From the sequence record KX828711: 64,000 nt of DNA. One strand, 5' to 3'. The first letter of the stretch is position 1. Each line of letters starts with the position of its first letter. A program made the translations under genes and the position numbers. The notes under the pieces are model-generated. The model did no database searches and was not told where the DNA came from. It saw nothing but the letters and a program-made list of their open reading frames with translations. Source of the stretch: Shigella phage SH7. Below are positions 12,111-23,149 of this stretch, piece after piece.

Positions 12111-12341
12111 ATGTTACTAGAATTTAAACAATTTCTTTATGAAGCTTCTATTGATGAATTTATGGGTAAAATTGCCTCTTGTCAAACATTAGAAGGTTTA
12201 GAAGAACTTGAAGCTTATTATAAGAAAAGAGTTAAAGAAACTGAATTAAAAGATACTGATGACATCTCTGTGAGAGATGCTTTGGCAGGAAAAAGAGCTG
12301 AATTAGAAGATTCAGACGATGAAGTAGAAGAAAGCTTTTAA
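12111..12341 (+). CDS. uvsW.1: UvsW.1 small acidic protein
   Basis: Track start is TTG 12099; ATG 12111 with GGAG 7 nt upstream gives 76 aa. Confidence 0.8.
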   Translation: MLLEFKQFLYEASIDEFMGKIASCQTLEGLEELEAYYKKRVKETELKDTDDISVRDALAGKRAELEDSDDEVEESF

Positions 12342-12350
12342 ATTAAAAAA

Positions 12351-12373
12351 GGCCCAACCAAAAAGGAAGGGCC
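12351..12373. terminator. hairpin between convergent uvsW.1 and small minus-strand ORF
   Basis: ggccc ... gggcc stem with 13 nt loop, A/T-rich flanks. Confidence 0.35.
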
Positions 12374-12396
12374 AAAACTATAGACTAAAGGTCACA

Positions 12397-12564
12397 CTAT
12401 AGCAAAAGTTGTGTTTCATTTAATTGTTCTTCCGAACTTTCTGAAACTGGTAGTTCTTTAATGTAATTATAGCAAGGCCCAGGATGTACAGGACCTTTGT
12501 CTGTTTCAACAACCAATGCAGAATCGATTGGAGTTTTACAGACAACACAAATCTTATCTGACAT
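12397..12564 (-). CDS. small Cys-containing protein, 55 aa (below track threshold; position of T4 uvsY.-2)
   Basis: ATG at 12564 preceded by GAGGAG; MSDKICVVCKTPIDS...HPGPC; stop TAG 12397-12399. Confidence 0.5.
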   Translation of the reverse strand: MSDKICVVCKTPIDSALVVETDKGPVHPGPCYNYIKELPVSESSEEQLNETQLLL

Positions 12565-12589
12565 GATTGTCTCCTCTGAATTATATATC

Positions 12590-12597
12590 TATTTATA
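12590..12597 (-). promoter_or_regulatory. late promoter TATAAATA (minus strand) upstream of the 55 aa ORF
   Basis: Plus-strand tatttata = minus TATAAATA, 26 nt upstream of ATG. Confidence 0.5.
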
Positions 12598-12687
12598 ACC
12601 CCATCTTAAAACGCATTTCTTGTACACGCTTTAAACATGCTTCCATTTCTGCTAAAAGTCTAAATACTTCTTTATAATTTGTCATAT

Positions 12688-12915
12688 TTACCCCATATCT
12701 CTCATATGCATATCAATGCCCATATCTTTAGAATAAAAATATTCATCAAGATATCCGGCAAATTTTCCTTTAATATAAAGGACATCTTCACCACATGGGT
12801 GATCGGCCAGGATACGAATATCCTGACGCTTAAGATTATGCTTTTTCATTAAGAATTGAATTTCCGTTTCAAATTCTTCTTCATAATTAAAAGCATCATC
12901 AATGCTATATCTCAT
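12688..12915 (-). CDS. hypothetical protein (position of T4 uvsY.-1)
   Basis: 75 aa ORF ending where uvsY begins. Confidence 0.55.
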   Translation of the reverse strand: MRYSIDDAFNYEEEFETEIQFLMKKHNLKRQDIRILADHPCGEDVLYIKGKFAGYLDEYFYSKDMGIDMHMRDMG

Positions 12916-13328
12916 TATTTTCCAGCCTCAAATGCTCGCATGTCTTGAATATGCTTAATAGCAAATCCGCGTGATTTGATAGCATCAAGAGCTCCGCTAC
13001 AGAAATCCAATAAAATTCCCCAATATTGTAATGAAGTATCAACTTTTAAAACATCCTTATCAGCTGATAGAACTGTCTTCATTTCTGATTTCTCATAGCG
13101 GTCCATACTAAATTCATCACCATCTCCTCGTCCCGAGTAGTAGTCTAATTTAGCTTTAAGAGCAACTTTTTTCTGTGCATCAATTCTAAGCATTTCCTTT
13201 TTAATACTTGAATGCTTATTAAGCCATTTACTATATAACATCACATTATTAGCTGCTTCATACTGTAATTTAGTCGAATCTATAAACACATCTTTCTTCA
13301 ATTCTTCTTGAAGATCTTCTAATCTCAT
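12915..13328 (-). CDS. uvsY: UvsY recombination mediator protein
   Basis: 137 aa (T4 UvsY length); position before gene 25. Confidence 0.88.
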   Translation of the reverse strand: MRLEDLQEELKKDVFIDSTKLQYEAANNVMLYSKWLNKHSSIKKEMLRIDAQKKVALKAKLDYYSGRGDGDEFSMDRYEKSEMKTVLSADKDVLKVDTSLQYWGILLDFCSGALDAIKSRGFAIKHIQDMRAFEAGK

Positions 13329-13368
13329 ATTGTTCTCTATTCAATTGTTATTGGATGGACTTAGATTC

Positions 13369-13394
13369 ATTATACCACGTTTATACGTGAAGCA
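13369..13394 (-). promoter_or_regulatory. candidate MotA-dependent middle promoter for uvsY
   Basis: Minus strand reads TGCTTCA, 13 nt spacer, TATAAT. Confidence 0.5.
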
Positions 13395-13793
13395 TTATAC
13401 TCTATTACTGGAAGCCAGCTGCAGTTTTATCTGCTCAATATCATCAGGATTATCGATGACCGAAAAGCGTATTTCTACTATCAGAGTATAATCATCATAA
13501 ACTGGTATCACATTAACTGATAATTTATCAATACGTGGCTCATAGTTTCTTACTGCGCTTTCGATATTGCGCTCAACTGTGTCAGCAGTAAGAGGAGTCA
13601 TATTTTCAAAAAGTTGGTCTGATAAATCACATCCAAATTCAGGGTCAAACGGTCTTGAACCTTTTCTTGTTGTAATAATTCCCAAAAGGCTATTTTTAAT
13701 TGACCTTAATCCAAGGGATCTAGAAACGTCTTTGTCCCAATCCATTTTCATTTCTGGGTCGATGTCAGAATAAAGCTTATTAATATTTGCCAT
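13395..13793 (-). CDS. 25: baseplate wedge protein gp25
   Basis: 132 aa (T4 gp25 length); position. Confidence 0.88.
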   Translation of the reverse strand: MANINKLYSDIDPEMKMDWDKDVSRSLGLRSIKNSLLGIITTRKGSRPFDPEFGCDLSDQLFENMTPLTADTVERNIESAVRNYEPRIDKLSVNVIPVYDDYTLIVEIRFSVIDNPDDIEQIKLQLASSNRV

Positions 13794-14419
13794 TATAGTA
13801 ACTCAAAGAACTCTTTGAGGCCTCTTATTACATGAGCATGGGTTTTTCCACACTCTGGACATTTAATTGGAACAGCCAAATAAACGGTAGGCTTTAAAAG
13901 CATATCTTTTATAGCCACAATATCTGACTCTGTGATGATAGAATATAAATCTTCTAGTTCCTTTTCATTTAAGTCTTCAACTGGAATGCTTTCCCCGTTA
14001 GCATGAATCGTTTCTATGCATGATACTATCATGTGGGCTATATTTTTATCATCAAAAATTTTAGGGTATCGGAATTTAATTTTAATGTCACCCAGTGTAT
14101 ACCAGAGGTCTTCTGGTGCATCTATTTGTGTATGTAATAGATTTATATGGGTCGGTATTTCAGTTCCACAGGTGCACTTCCAGGAGTTTTCGTGATTAAC
14201 TTCGCCGAGAGAATGTGCCCATAAATGAATCAACAATAGTTCTGATTCTTGGCGGTTTAAATCTTTTGCATTTGTGCAGTCTTTGATTAGCTTTTTAACA
14301 ATTACTTCTACAGAACCATTATTTTTGGCAGTAATAAGTTCTAGATATTCTTTAAGCGTGAATGCGCGACAATTGATTATTTTAGAACCAACTCTCACAT
14401 CAAATTTGTATTCATACAT
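13793..14419 (-). CDS. 26: baseplate hub protein gp26
   Basis: 208 aa; position. Confidence 0.85.
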   Translation of the reverse strand: MYEYKFDVRVGSKIINCRAFTLKEYLELITAKNNGSVEVIVKKLIKDCTNAKDLNRQESELLLIHLWAHSLGEVNHENSWKCTCGTEIPTHINLLHTQIDAPEDLWYTLGDIKIKFRYPKIFDDKNIAHMIVSCIETIHANGESIPVEDLNEKELEDLYSIITESDIVAIKDMLLKPTVYLAVPIKCPECGKTHAHVIRGLKEFFELL

Positions 14420-14432
14420 ATTTAGCTCCTTT

Positions 14433-14444
14433 ATTTATCATATT
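14433..14444. promoter_or_regulatory. overlapping divergent late promoters (palindrome TATTTATAAATA) for gene 26 (minus) and gene 51 (plus)
   Basis: tatttata 14433-14440 and tataaata 14437-14444. Confidence 0.55.
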
Positions 14445-14469
14445 TATAAATAGAATAAAAGGAGCATCT

Positions 14470-15219
14470 ATGGCAAACATTATTCGTTGTAAATTACCAG
14501 ATGGTGTTCATCGTTTTAAACCATTTACGGTAGAAGATTATCGAGATTTTTTGTTAGTTCGAAACGATATAGAACATCGGTCACCACAAGAACAAAAAGA
14601 AGTAATTGCTGATTTAATTGCTGATTATTTTGGAGACTATCCAAAGACTTGGCAACCATTTATATTTTTGCAGGTATTTGTAGGGTCAATAGGTAAAACT
14701 AAAGTACCAGTCACATTTGTATGTCCAAAATGTAAAAAAGAAAAGACAGTTCCATTTGAAATATACCAAAAAGAATTAAAGGAGCCTGTTTTTGATGTAG
14801 CTAATGTTAAAATTAAATTAAAGTTTCCTTCTGAGTTTTATGAAAATAAAGCAAAGATGATTACTGAAAATATTCATTCTGTTCAAGTAGATGAAATATG
14901 GTATGATTGGAAGGAAATTAGTGAATCAAGCCAAATAGAACTTGTTGATGCCATCGAGATAGAAACATTAGAAAAAATTCTCGATGCAATGAATCCTATT
15001 AATTTAACATTGCATATGTCCTGCTGTGATAAGTATGTAAAAAAATACACTGATATAGTAGATGTGTTTAAGCTATTAGTTAACCCAGATGAGATATTTA
15101 CTTTTTATCAAATTAATCACACACTCGTAAAAAGTAATTATAGCTTAAATTCAATAATGAAAATGATTCCTGCCGAGCGCGGATTCGTATTAAAACTGAT
15201 TGAGAAGGATAAACAATAA
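14470..15219 (+). CDS. 51: baseplate hub assembly catalyst gp51
   Basis: 249 aa; position. Confidence 0.85.
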   Translation: MANIIRCKLPDGVHRFKPFTVEDYRDFLLVRNDIEHRSPQEQKEVIADLIADYFGDYPKTWQPFIFLQVFVGSIGKTKVPVTFVCPKCKKEKTVPFEIYQKELKEPVFDVANVKIKLKFPSEFYENKAKMITENIHSVQVDEIWYDWKEISESSQIELVDAIEIETLEKILDAMNPINLTLHMSCCDKYVKKYTDIVDVFKLLVNPDEIFTFYQINHTLVKSNYSLNSIMKMIPAERGFVLKLIEKDKQ

Positions 15220-16394
15220 TGAGTATGTTGCAACGCCCCGGATATCCAAATCTCAGCGTTAAATTATTTGATAGCTACGACGCTTGGAGTAATAATAGAT
15301 TTGTTGAATTAGCTGCTACTATTACCACATTAACTATGCGTGACTCTCTTTATGGTCGAAATGAAGGAATGCTACAATTTTATGATTCTAAAAACATTCA
15401 TACAAAAATGGATGGAAATGAAATAATTCAGATTTCTGTAGCTAATGCAAATGATATTAATAATGTTAAAACACGAATTTATGGATGTAAGCATTTTTCC
15501 GTGTCAGTAGATTCAAAAGGTGATAACATCATTGCTATTGAATTGGGAACTATTCATTCTATAGAAAATCTTAAATTTGGTAGACCGTTTTTCCCTGATG
15601 CAGGTGAATCTATAAAAGAAATGCTTGGTGTCATTTATCAGGATCGCACATTATTAACTCCAGCAATAAATGCTATAAATGCTTATGTTCCTGATATTCC
15701 ATGGACTAGCACATTTGAAAACTATTTGTCCTATGTAAGAGAAGTTGCTCTAGCTGTAGGAAGTGACAAATTTGTATTTGTATGGCAAGACATCATGGGA
15801 GTTAACATGATGGACTATGATATGATGATAAATCAAGAACCATATCCAATGATTGTCGGCGAGCCATCTTTAATAGGTCAATTCATCCAAGAATTAAAAT
15901 ACCCATTAGCATATGATTTCGTTTGGTTGACTAAATCGAATCCTCACAAACGTGACCCAATGAAAAATGCTACTATCTATGCGCATTCATTTTTAGATTC
16001 TTCATTGCCAATGATTACTACAGGAAAGGGTGAAAACTCTATTGTAGTGTCAAGGTCAGGTGCTTATTCTGAAATGACTTATAGGAATGGATATGAAGAA
16101 GCTATTCGTCTTCAAACTATGGCGCAATATGATGGCTATGCTAAATGTTCTACTGTCGGTAATTTTAACTTGACTCCTGGTGTTAAAATTATTTTTAATG
16201 ATAGTAAAAACCAATTTAAAACAGAATTTTACGTTGATGAAGTTATCCATGAATTATCCAATAATAATTCAATAACTCATCTATATATGTTCACTAATGC
16301 AACGAAACTGGAAACAATAGACCCAGTTAAGGTTAAAAATGAATTTAAATCTGATACTACCACTGAAGAAAGTAGTTCTTCCAATAAGCAATAA
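15219..16394 (+). CDS. 27: baseplate hub protein gp27
   Basis: 391 aa (T4 gp27 length). Confidence 0.9.
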   Translation: MSMLQRPGYPNLSVKLFDSYDAWSNNRFVELAATITTLTMRDSLYGRNEGMLQFYDSKNIHTKMDGNEIIQISVANANDINNVKTRIYGCKHFSVSVDSKGDNIIAIELGTIHSIENLKFGRPFFPDAGESIKEMLGVIYQDRTLLTPAINAINAYVPDIPWTSTFENYLSYVREVALAVGSDKFVFVWQDIMGVNMMDYDMMINQEPYPMIVGEPSLIGQFIQELKYPLAYDFVWLTKSNPHKRDPMKNATIYAHSFLDSSLPMITTGKGENSIVVSRSGAYSEMTYRNGYEEAIRLQTMAQYDGYAKCSTVGNFNLTPGVKIIFNDSKNQFKTEFYVDEVIHELSNNNSITHLYMFTNATKLETIDPVKVKNEFKSDTTTEESSSSNKQ

Positions 16395-16872
16395 AGAAGT
16401 TTCTATTCCTAAAATGGGTCTTAAACATTATAACATTTTAAAAGATGTTAAAGGTCCTGATGAAAATTTAAAACTTCTTATTGATTCTATTTGTCCGAAT
16501 TTATCACCGGCAGAAGTTGATTTCGTTTCTATTCATTTATTGGAATTTAATGGAAAGATTAAATCTCGTAAAGAAATAGATGGTTATACTTATGACATTA
16601 ATGATGTTTATGTGTGCCAAAGATTAGAATTTCAATACCAAGGAAATACATTTTATTTTAGACCTCCTGGAAAATTTGAACAATTTTTAACGGTGAGCGA
16701 TATGTTATCCAAATGCTTGCTTAAGGTCAATGATGAAGTTAAAGAAATTAATTTTCTTGAGATGCCAGCATTCGTTTTAAAATGGGCAAATGATATTTTT
16801 ACAACTTTAGCAATTCCTGGCCCTAATGGTCCAATAACCGGAATTGGCAATATTATTGGATTATTTGAATGA
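16339..16872 (+). CDS. 28: baseplate hub distal subunit gp28
   Basis: 177 aa ORF overlapping end of gene 27; true start may be internal. Confidence 0.75.
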   Translation: MNLNLILPLKKVVLPISNKEVSIPKMGLKHYNILKDVKGPDENLKLLIDSICPNLSPAEVDFVSIHLLEFNGKIKSRKEIDGYTYDINDVYVCQRLEFQYQGNTFYFRPPGKFEQFLTVSDMLSKCLLKVNDEVKEINFLEMPAFVLKWANDIFTTLAIPGPNGPITGIGNIIGLFE

Positions 16873-18641
16873 AAAAGCCACAAGAAATGCAAACGATGCG
16901 TAGAAAAGTTATTTCAGATAATAAACCGACACAGGAAGCGGCTAAATCCGCTTCCAACACTTTATCTGGGCTTAATGACATTTCTACAAAATTGGATGAT
17001 GCTCAAGCTGCTTCTGAATTAATTGCTCAAACTGTCGAAGAAAAATCGAATGAAATAGTTGGAGCAATTGACAACGTAGAAAACGCAGTGAGTGATACTA
17101 CTGCTGGTTCTGAGTTAATTGCCGAGACCGTTGAAATTGGCAATAATATCAATAAAGAAATAGGCGAATCACTCGGAAGCAAATTAGATAAATTAACGAG
17201 TTTATTAGAACAAAAAATTCAGACAGCTGGAATTCAACAAACAGGAACCAGTTTAGCTACGGTTGAAAGTGCTATTCCTGTTAAAGTTGTTGAGGATGAT
17301 ACAGCTGAATCTGTGGGTCCTTTATTACCGGCTCCTGAAGCAGTTAATAATGATCCTGATGCTGATTTTTTCCCTACCCCTCAGCCAGTTGAACCCAAAC
17401 AAGAATCACCAGAAGAAAAACAGAAAAAAGACGCATTTAACTTAAAATTATCTCAAGCTTTAGATAAATTAACGAAGACTGTTGATTTTGGATTTAAGAA
17501 ATCCATTTCAATTACTGATAAAATATCAAGCATGCTATTTAAGTATACTGTCAGTGCTGCTATTGAAGCCGCTAAAATGACTGCAATGATATTGGCTGTT
17601 GTTGTTGGAATAGACTTGTTGATGGTTCACTTTAAATACTGGTCAGATAAATTTTCGCAAGCCTGGGACTTGTTTAGTACTAACTTTACTAAATTCTCTA
17701 GCGAAACCGGAACATGGGGTCCTTTATTACAGAGCATCTTTGATTCTATTGATAAAATTAAACAGCTTTGGGAAGCTGGAGATTGGGGTGGATTGACAGC
17801 AGCTATTGTTGAAGGACTCGGAAGTGTTCTTTTTAATTTAGGTGAACTTATTCAATTAGGTATGGCTAAATTATCTGCAGCAATTCTTCGAGTCATTCCT
17901 GGCATGAAGGATACTGCTGATGAAGTAGAAGGAAGAGCACTAGAAAATTTCCAAAATTCTACTGGAGCATCTCTCAATAAAGAAGACCAGGAAAAAGTTG
18001 CAAATTATCAAGATAAAAGAATGAATGGAGACCTTGGTCCGATAGCAAAAGGATTAGACAAGATTGCGAACTGGAAAACTCGCGCATCTAACTGGATTCG
18101 TGGTGTTGATAATAAAGAAGCACTAACTACCGACGAAGAACGTGCAGCAGAAGAAGAAAAATTAAAGCAACTTTCTCCTGAAGAAAGAAAAAATGCTTTA
18201 ATGAAGGCTAATGAAGCTCGAGCCGCGATGATTCGTTTTGAAAAATATGCTGATTCAGCTGATATGAGTAAAGACTCAACGGTTAAATCAGTTGAATCTG
18301 CCTACGAAGACCTTAAAAAACGGATGGATGACCCGGATTTAAATAATTCACCGGCAGTTAAAAAAGAACTTGCTGCTAGATTTTCTAAAATTGATGCTAC
18401 TTATCAAGAGCTCAAGAAAAATCAGCCTAATGCCAAACCTGAAACTTCTGCTAAATCACCAGAAGCAAAACAAGTCCAGGTAATAGAAAAGAACAAAGCA
18501 CAACAAGCTCCTGTTCAACAAGCATCTCCTTCGATCAATAATACTAATAATGTTATTAAGAAAAATACTGTCGTTCATAATATGACACCTGTCACAAGCA
18601 CAACTGCTCCTGGTGTATTTGATGCGACTGGAGTTAATTAA
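16869..18641 (+). CDS. 29: baseplate hub / tail tube length determinator gp29
   Basis: 590 aa (T4 gp29 length). Confidence 0.9.
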   Translation: MKKPQEMQTMRRKVISDNKPTQEAAKSASNTLSGLNDISTKLDDAQAASELIAQTVEEKSNEIVGAIDNVENAVSDTTAGSELIAETVEIGNNINKEIGESLGSKLDKLTSLLEQKIQTAGIQQTGTSLATVESAIPVKVVEDDTAESVGPLLPAPEAVNNDPDADFFPTPQPVEPKQESPEEKQKKDAFNLKLSQALDKLTKTVDFGFKKSISITDKISSMLFKYTVSAAIEAAKMTAMILAVVVGIDLLMVHFKYWSDKFSQAWDLFSTNFTKFSSETGTWGPLLQSIFDSIDKIKQLWEAGDWGGLTAAIVEGLGSVLFNLGELIQLGMAKLSAAILRVIPGMKDTADEVEGRALENFQNSTGASLNKEDQEKVANYQDKRMNGDLGPIAKGLDKIANWKTRASNWIRGVDNKEALTTDEERAAEEEKLKQLSPEERKNALMKANEARAAMIRFEKYADSADMSKDSTVKSVESAYEDLKKRMDDPDLNNSPAVKKELAARFSKIDATYQELKKNQPNAKPETSAKSPEAKQVQVIEKNKAQQAPVQQASPSINNTNNVIKKNTVVHNMTPVTSTTAPGVFDATGVN

Positions 18642-18649
18642 GGAATAAT

Positions 18650-19744
18650 ATGGCAATTGTTAAAGAAATAACTACTGATTTAATTAAAAAGTCCGGTGAG
18701 AAAATTTCAGCTGGACAGAGCACTAAATCAGAAGTAGTAACTAAAACATACACTGCCCAGTTTCCAACTGGGCGTGCTAGTGGTAATGACACTACAGGGG
18801 ACTTCCAGGTAACAGATCTATATAAGAATGGATTATTATTTACTGCATACAATATGTCATCTAGGGATTCTGGAAGTCTTAGATCGATGAGATCTAACTA
18901 CTCTTCTTCATCTTCGAGTATTTTACGTACAGCCAGAAACACTATTAGTAGTACAGTATCAAAACTATCAAATGGATTAATATCAAATAATAATTCAGGA
19001 ACAATAAGTAAAGCTCCTGTCGCAAACATTCTTTTACCGAGATCTAAATCTGATGTTGACACATCATCGCATAGATTTAACGATGTTCAAGAAAGCCTTA
19101 TCAGTAGAGGCGGAGGTACTGCTACTGGTGTGCTAAGTAATATTGCTTCAACTGCAGTATTTGGTGCACTGGAAAGTATAACACAAGGTATAATGGCTGA
19201 TAATAATGAACAGATTTATACGACAGCCAGAAGTATGTACGGCGGTGCTGAAAATAGAACTAAAGTGTTTACATGGGATTTGACTCCACGTTCAACAGAA
19301 GATTTAATGGCTATTATTAATATCTATCAGTATTTTAACTATTTTTCTTATGGTGAAACAGGTAAATCTCAATATGCTGCTGAAATAAAGGGGTATTTAG
19401 ATGATTGGTATCGTTCTACATTAATTGAACCTTTATCTCCGGAAGACGCAGCTAAAAATAAAACACTATTTGAGAAAATGACAGCAAGTTTAACGAACGT
19501 TCTTGTAGTTTCAAACCCGACAATTTGGATGGTGAAAAACTTTGGTGCAACATCTAAGTTTGATGGAAAAACGGAAATATTTGGTCCATGCCAAATACAA
19601 AGCATCAGATTTGATAAAACGCCTAATGGTAACTTTAACGGATTAGCTATTGCTCCAAACCTCCCTAGTACATTTACTCTCGAGATTACTATGAGAGAAA
19701 TTATCACGTTAAACCGTGCTTCTTTATATGCGGGGACTTTTTAA
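18650..19744 (+). CDS. 48: baseplate-tail tube junction protein gp48
   Basis: 364 aa (T4 gp48 length). Confidence 0.9.
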   Translation: MAIVKEITTDLIKKSGEKISAGQSTKSEVVTKTYTAQFPTGRASGNDTTGDFQVTDLYKNGLLFTAYNMSSRDSGSLRSMRSNYSSSSSSILRTARNTISSTVSKLSNGLISNNNSGTISKAPVANILLPRSKSDVDTSSHRFNDVQESLISRGGGTATGVLSNIASTAVFGALESITQGIMADNNEQIYTTARSMYGGAENRTKVFTWDLTPRSTEDLMAIINIYQYFNYFSYGETGKSQYAAEIKGYLDDWYRSTLIEPLSPEDAAKNKTLFEKMTASLTNVLVVSNPTIWMVKNFGATSKFDGKTEIFGPCQIQSIRFDKTPNGNFNGLAIAPNLPSTFTLEITMREIITLNRASLYAGTF

Positions 19745-20709
19745 TGTATTCTTTAGAGGAATTTAATAATCAAGCAATAAACGCAGATTTCCAACGTAAT
19801 AATATGTTTAGCTGCGTTTTTGCGACAACTCCATCAACTAAAAGCTCATCGTTGATAAGTTCAATTAGCAATTTTTCTTATAATAACTTGGGTCTAAATT
19901 CAGATTGGTTAGGATTGTCTCAAGGCGATATTAATCAGGGAATTACAACGTTAATTACAGCTGGCACACAAAAACTAATAAGAAAATCAGGAGTCAGTAA
20001 ATATCTTATTGGTGCCATGAGTCAACGTACTGTCCAGAGTTTATTAGGCTCATTTACAGTTGGTACATATTTAATTGACTTCTTTAACATGGCATATAAC
20101 TCATCTGGATTGATGATATACTCTGTAAAAATGCCAGAGAATAGATTATCCTATGAAACTGACTGGAACTATAATTCTCCTAATATTCGTATAACTGGAA
20201 GAGAATTAGACCCTTTGGTTATTTCATTTAGAATGGATTCAGAAGCTTGTAACTATCGTGCAATGCAAGACTGGGTTAACGCTGTTCAAGACCCAGTAAC
20301 TGGATTGCGTGCTTTACCGCAAGATGTCGAGGCAGATATTCAGGTCAATCTTCATTCTCGCAATGGATTACCACATACTGCGGTGATGTTCACTGGCTGT
20401 ATTCCAATATCTGTGAGTGCTCCTGAGTTATCATATGATGGAGATAACCAAATAACTACATTTGATGTTACTTTCGCTTATAGAGTCATGCAGGCTGGAG
20501 CAGTTGATAGACAAGCTGCCCTTGAATGGCTTGAATCTGCTACTATAAATGGTATTCAAAGCGTTCTCGGAAATAGTGGAGGTGTTACTGGACTATCTAA
20601 TTCGCTTTCACGACTTAGTAGATTAGGGGGAACTGCAGGAAGCATTTCAAATATTAATACTATGACAGGAATTGTCAATTCGCAAAGTAAAATATTAGGA
20701 GCAATATAA
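19744..20709 (+). CDS. 54: baseplate-tail tube initiator gp54
   Basis: 321 aa; TAATG coupling to gene 48. Confidence 0.9.
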   Translation: MYSLEEFNNQAINADFQRNNMFSCVFATTPSTKSSSLISSISNFSYNNLGLNSDWLGLSQGDINQGITTLITAGTQKLIRKSGVSKYLIGAMSQRTVQSLLGSFTVGTYLIDFFNMAYNSSGLMIYSVKMPENRLSYETDWNYNSPNIRITGRELDPLVISFRMDSEACNYRAMQDWVNAVQDPVTGLRALPQDVEADIQVNLHSRNGLPHTAVMFTGCIPISVSAPELSYDGDNQITTFDVTFAYRVMQAGAVDRQAALEWLESATINGIQSVLGNSGGVTGLSNSLSRLSRLGGTAGSISNINTMTGIVNSQSKILGAI

Positions 20710-20713
20710 CAAT

Positions 20714-20731
20714 GGGGACCGAAAGGTCCCC
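20714..20731. terminator. bidirectional hairpin terminator (ggggacc-GAAA-ggtcccc)
   Basis: Perfect 7 bp stem, T-run follows; between convergent genes. Confidence 0.7.
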
Positions 20732-20737
20732 ATATTT

Positions 20738-21028
20738 TTATTTACGGAATGAAATAAAGGCAGCAACTGAAGCAACAGAGGTTTCTTCAATATAAACCTC
20801 AATTTTTACCGGAGCTTCTGACTCAAATTTACCTGTTACTACACCTTGGAAAATACTTTCAGTCTGTTCTGGCTTTGAAAAATTTTCAGAAGGAAAAATT
20901 CCAAACTTTTTATCGGTTCCGAAAATTTTAATAAATTCATCGTAAACTGCTTCATTAAAAGCATTATCAGCAGGAATAACGCCTTCAACTACAAGTTCTT
21001 GACCTAAAAAGCGCAAAGAAGATTTCAT
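20738..21028 (-). CDS. hypothetical protein (position of T4 alt.-3)
   Basis: 96 aa ORF with GAGGA RBS. Confidence 0.6.
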   Translation of the reverse strand: MKSSLRFLGQELVVEGVIPADNAFNEAVYDEFIKIFGTDKKFGIFPSENFSKPEQTESIFQGVVTGKFESEAPVKIEVYIEETSVASVAAFISFRK

Positions 21029-21036
21029 TTTGTGTT

Positions 21037-21090
21037 CCTCATGTTATGTCAGTAAGACTACTATAACACAACACGAGGGACTTGTAAACT
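21037..21090 (-). promoter_or_regulatory. early promoter cassette (GTTTAC -35, TATAGT -10) plus leader; copy 1 of a 54 bp repeat
   Basis: Near-identical to 36806-36859 (1 mismatch). Confidence 0.55.
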
Positions 21091-23146
21091 ACATTTTGAA
21101 CTTTTTAGACATTCCGTTAATGTTAACCAAAGAAGCTAAGATTTGAGAAACTTCGTTTTCCTCTTCTTTTGATTCTTCTACAAGGAATTGATTAAATCCA
21201 GCCATTGGACGAACTTCACCAGTTTCCATTAGATGGTCGCCATCATATACTGATTCTTCTAATTGTTCAGAAGGAGGAACGATTGTACCTTCGATTAGAT
21301 ACTTGTTATAAGCAGTTTCTTTCATAAAGTAAGTACTTACTTTATTAATCTTCAGTAAAATTCCACGTGGTAGAATAACTTCAGCTTCTGATGGAAATCC
21401 TGATAAATGACCCGGAACGATAACTTTAACTCGTTCAGCTCCTTTAATTACCATACCCACGCTAGTTTCAGCATCTTCATTAGCATATGTAGAATGACTA
21501 CCCATATGCATCAAATCTTCTGCATCAACGGAACCTTCTCCTTCACCAGAAAATACTGCTCCGGAATCATCTAAGGCCATATAATTTTTACCATACTCAC
21601 CAAAGATATTTGGTTTAAGTGATGTAGATACGAAGTTCTTGAAATAGAACATTTTATTTTCAATGTTATGACGCAAAGTTTTAAAAGTAACTTCTTGTCC
21701 ACGGTAAAGTGTAGTTCCTGGAGGAAGAACTGAACCTTTAGCAAACGCAGAATCCATAGTCTCGATGTGCTTAATAGCGCGCTCCATGTATTCTTCACGT
21801 GTAGAATCAGGTTTACCTAAAAGGAATGAGTTCATTTCAACATACGAATCTGCACAATAATCTTCAATTACATCAGATTCAGCCTGAGTCAATCCTTTTG
21901 GAGTTACTTCAGTGCTTGCATATTCATACGCCTGAGCAGCGGATTCATCAATTAATTTATAAATGCCATTCATGACAAATTGAATAATAGCTGTCTTTTC
22001 ATCTGGCGTAGCTTTAGAACCTTTAACTAAATCATTGACAATTTTCTTAATAACATCAAAGCTATTAGAAATATTAATGTCAGCAAGATCGCTTAAAATT
22101 TTATCAGTTTTATAATCAAAAAATTCTTTATTCTTTAAATATTCTTGAGAACTTTGATATGTTATATCGCTCTGCAACTTGATAGATGGATCACGTAAAC
22201 GTGCATGGGCTAATGCAATATGACTTCGGAAGCTTTCTAGTTCATAATCACTAGATTTAAAACGAGAAGCACTCCTCATATCACCGATAGCTCCTTTGCC
22301 GAAGTTTGAACCAATCTGAATAACGCCAGAGTTCATTGGTCCTTCTGCTTTATATACCGGAACTTTAGATTCAAACTCTTGATATTTCTTAGCAGCAAAG
22401 CTATCACCCTGAAGTGAAGCATCAACAGTAGAATATTGAGCTTGTGCTGCTAATCGACGACTAATTTTAGTTTTCTGAATAACAGCTTGATCCGTACGCT
22501 TATCATTTTCTAAAGCAATAGAAGCAGCAACTGCGACAGCTTTAGGAACAGCATTACCTGTTTTAACGTCTACATAAACATCACCGACTTTCGATTCAAC
22601 TTTTGTGAATAACTCAGTTGAAATAGGAGGTACACCTGGAATGTCTTCTAAATTGGCATTTTTACGGTAAACCATAATATATGCATATTTCTTATCATAG
22701 TCCCAGATTTCCTTTAAAAGAACATATCGACCTGCTCCTTTAGTACGTACTAAACGGTCAGCAATAACTTGCATTTGACGAGCAGCGCCATTTGTTTTAC
22801 TTTTTAGTACGCGGAATAGGCATGCATCAATTTTATACTGTTTCATTGTTTGAAGAGCAGTATCAAAAACAGCATTAATGACGCCAATTGGATTTCCACC
22901 CAAGTTTTTAAGCTTAACTAATGATAATTTTTCATTAACACCTATCATTACGATATGCATCATTTTGTCGCCTGGCTTAACGTTTTTATTCGTATCACCG
23001 CCAGAGGTGTATGTACAAAATCTAAATCCAGGAAGCACGCTTTCTTCACCGGCTTGAATAGCAAAAATTTGTGGTATTTTATGCTTAGGATTTAAGTTAA
23101 CAACCGGCGCCGAAGCGCCGTCAAATAATTCTGTAATAAGTTCCAT
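21089..23146 (-). CDS. Alt-family ADP-ribosyltransferase paralog (occupies alt.-1/alt.-2 position)
   Basis: 685 aa; N-terminus MELITELFD shared with neighbour; C-terminal ART motifs LYRGQ, STS, EAEVILPRG. Confidence 0.85.
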   Translation of the reverse strand: MELITELFDGASAPVVNLNPKHKIPQIFAIQAGEESVLPGFRFCTYTSGGDTNKNVKPGDKMMHIVMIGVNEKLSLVKLKNLGGNPIGVINAVFDTALQTMKQYKIDACLFRVLKSKTNGAARQMQVIADRLVRTKGAGRYVLLKEIWDYDKKYAYIMVYRKNANLEDIPGVPPISTELFTKVESKVGDVYVDVKTGNAVPKAVAVAASIALENDKRTDQAVIQKTKISRRLAAQAQYSTVDASLQGDSFAAKKYQEFESKVPVYKAEGPMNSGVIQIGSNFGKGAIGDMRSASRFKSSDYELESFRSHIALAHARLRDPSIKLQSDITYQSSQEYLKNKEFFDYKTDKILSDLADINISNSFDVIKKIVNDLVKGSKATPDEKTAIIQFVMNGIYKLIDESAAQAYEYASTEVTPKGLTQAESDVIEDYCADSYVEMNSFLLGKPDSTREEYMERAIKHIETMDSAFAKGSVLPPGTTLYRGQEVTFKTLRHNIENKMFYFKNFVSTSLKPNIFGEYGKNYMALDDSGAVFSGEGEGSVDAEDLMHMGSHSTYANEDAETSVGMVIKGAERVKVIVPGHLSGFPSEAEVILPRGILLKINKVSTYFMKETAYNKYLIEGTIVPPSEQLEESVYDGDHLMETGEVRPMAGFNQFLVEESKEEENEVSQILASLVNINGMSKKFKM

Positions 23147-23149
23147 GAT

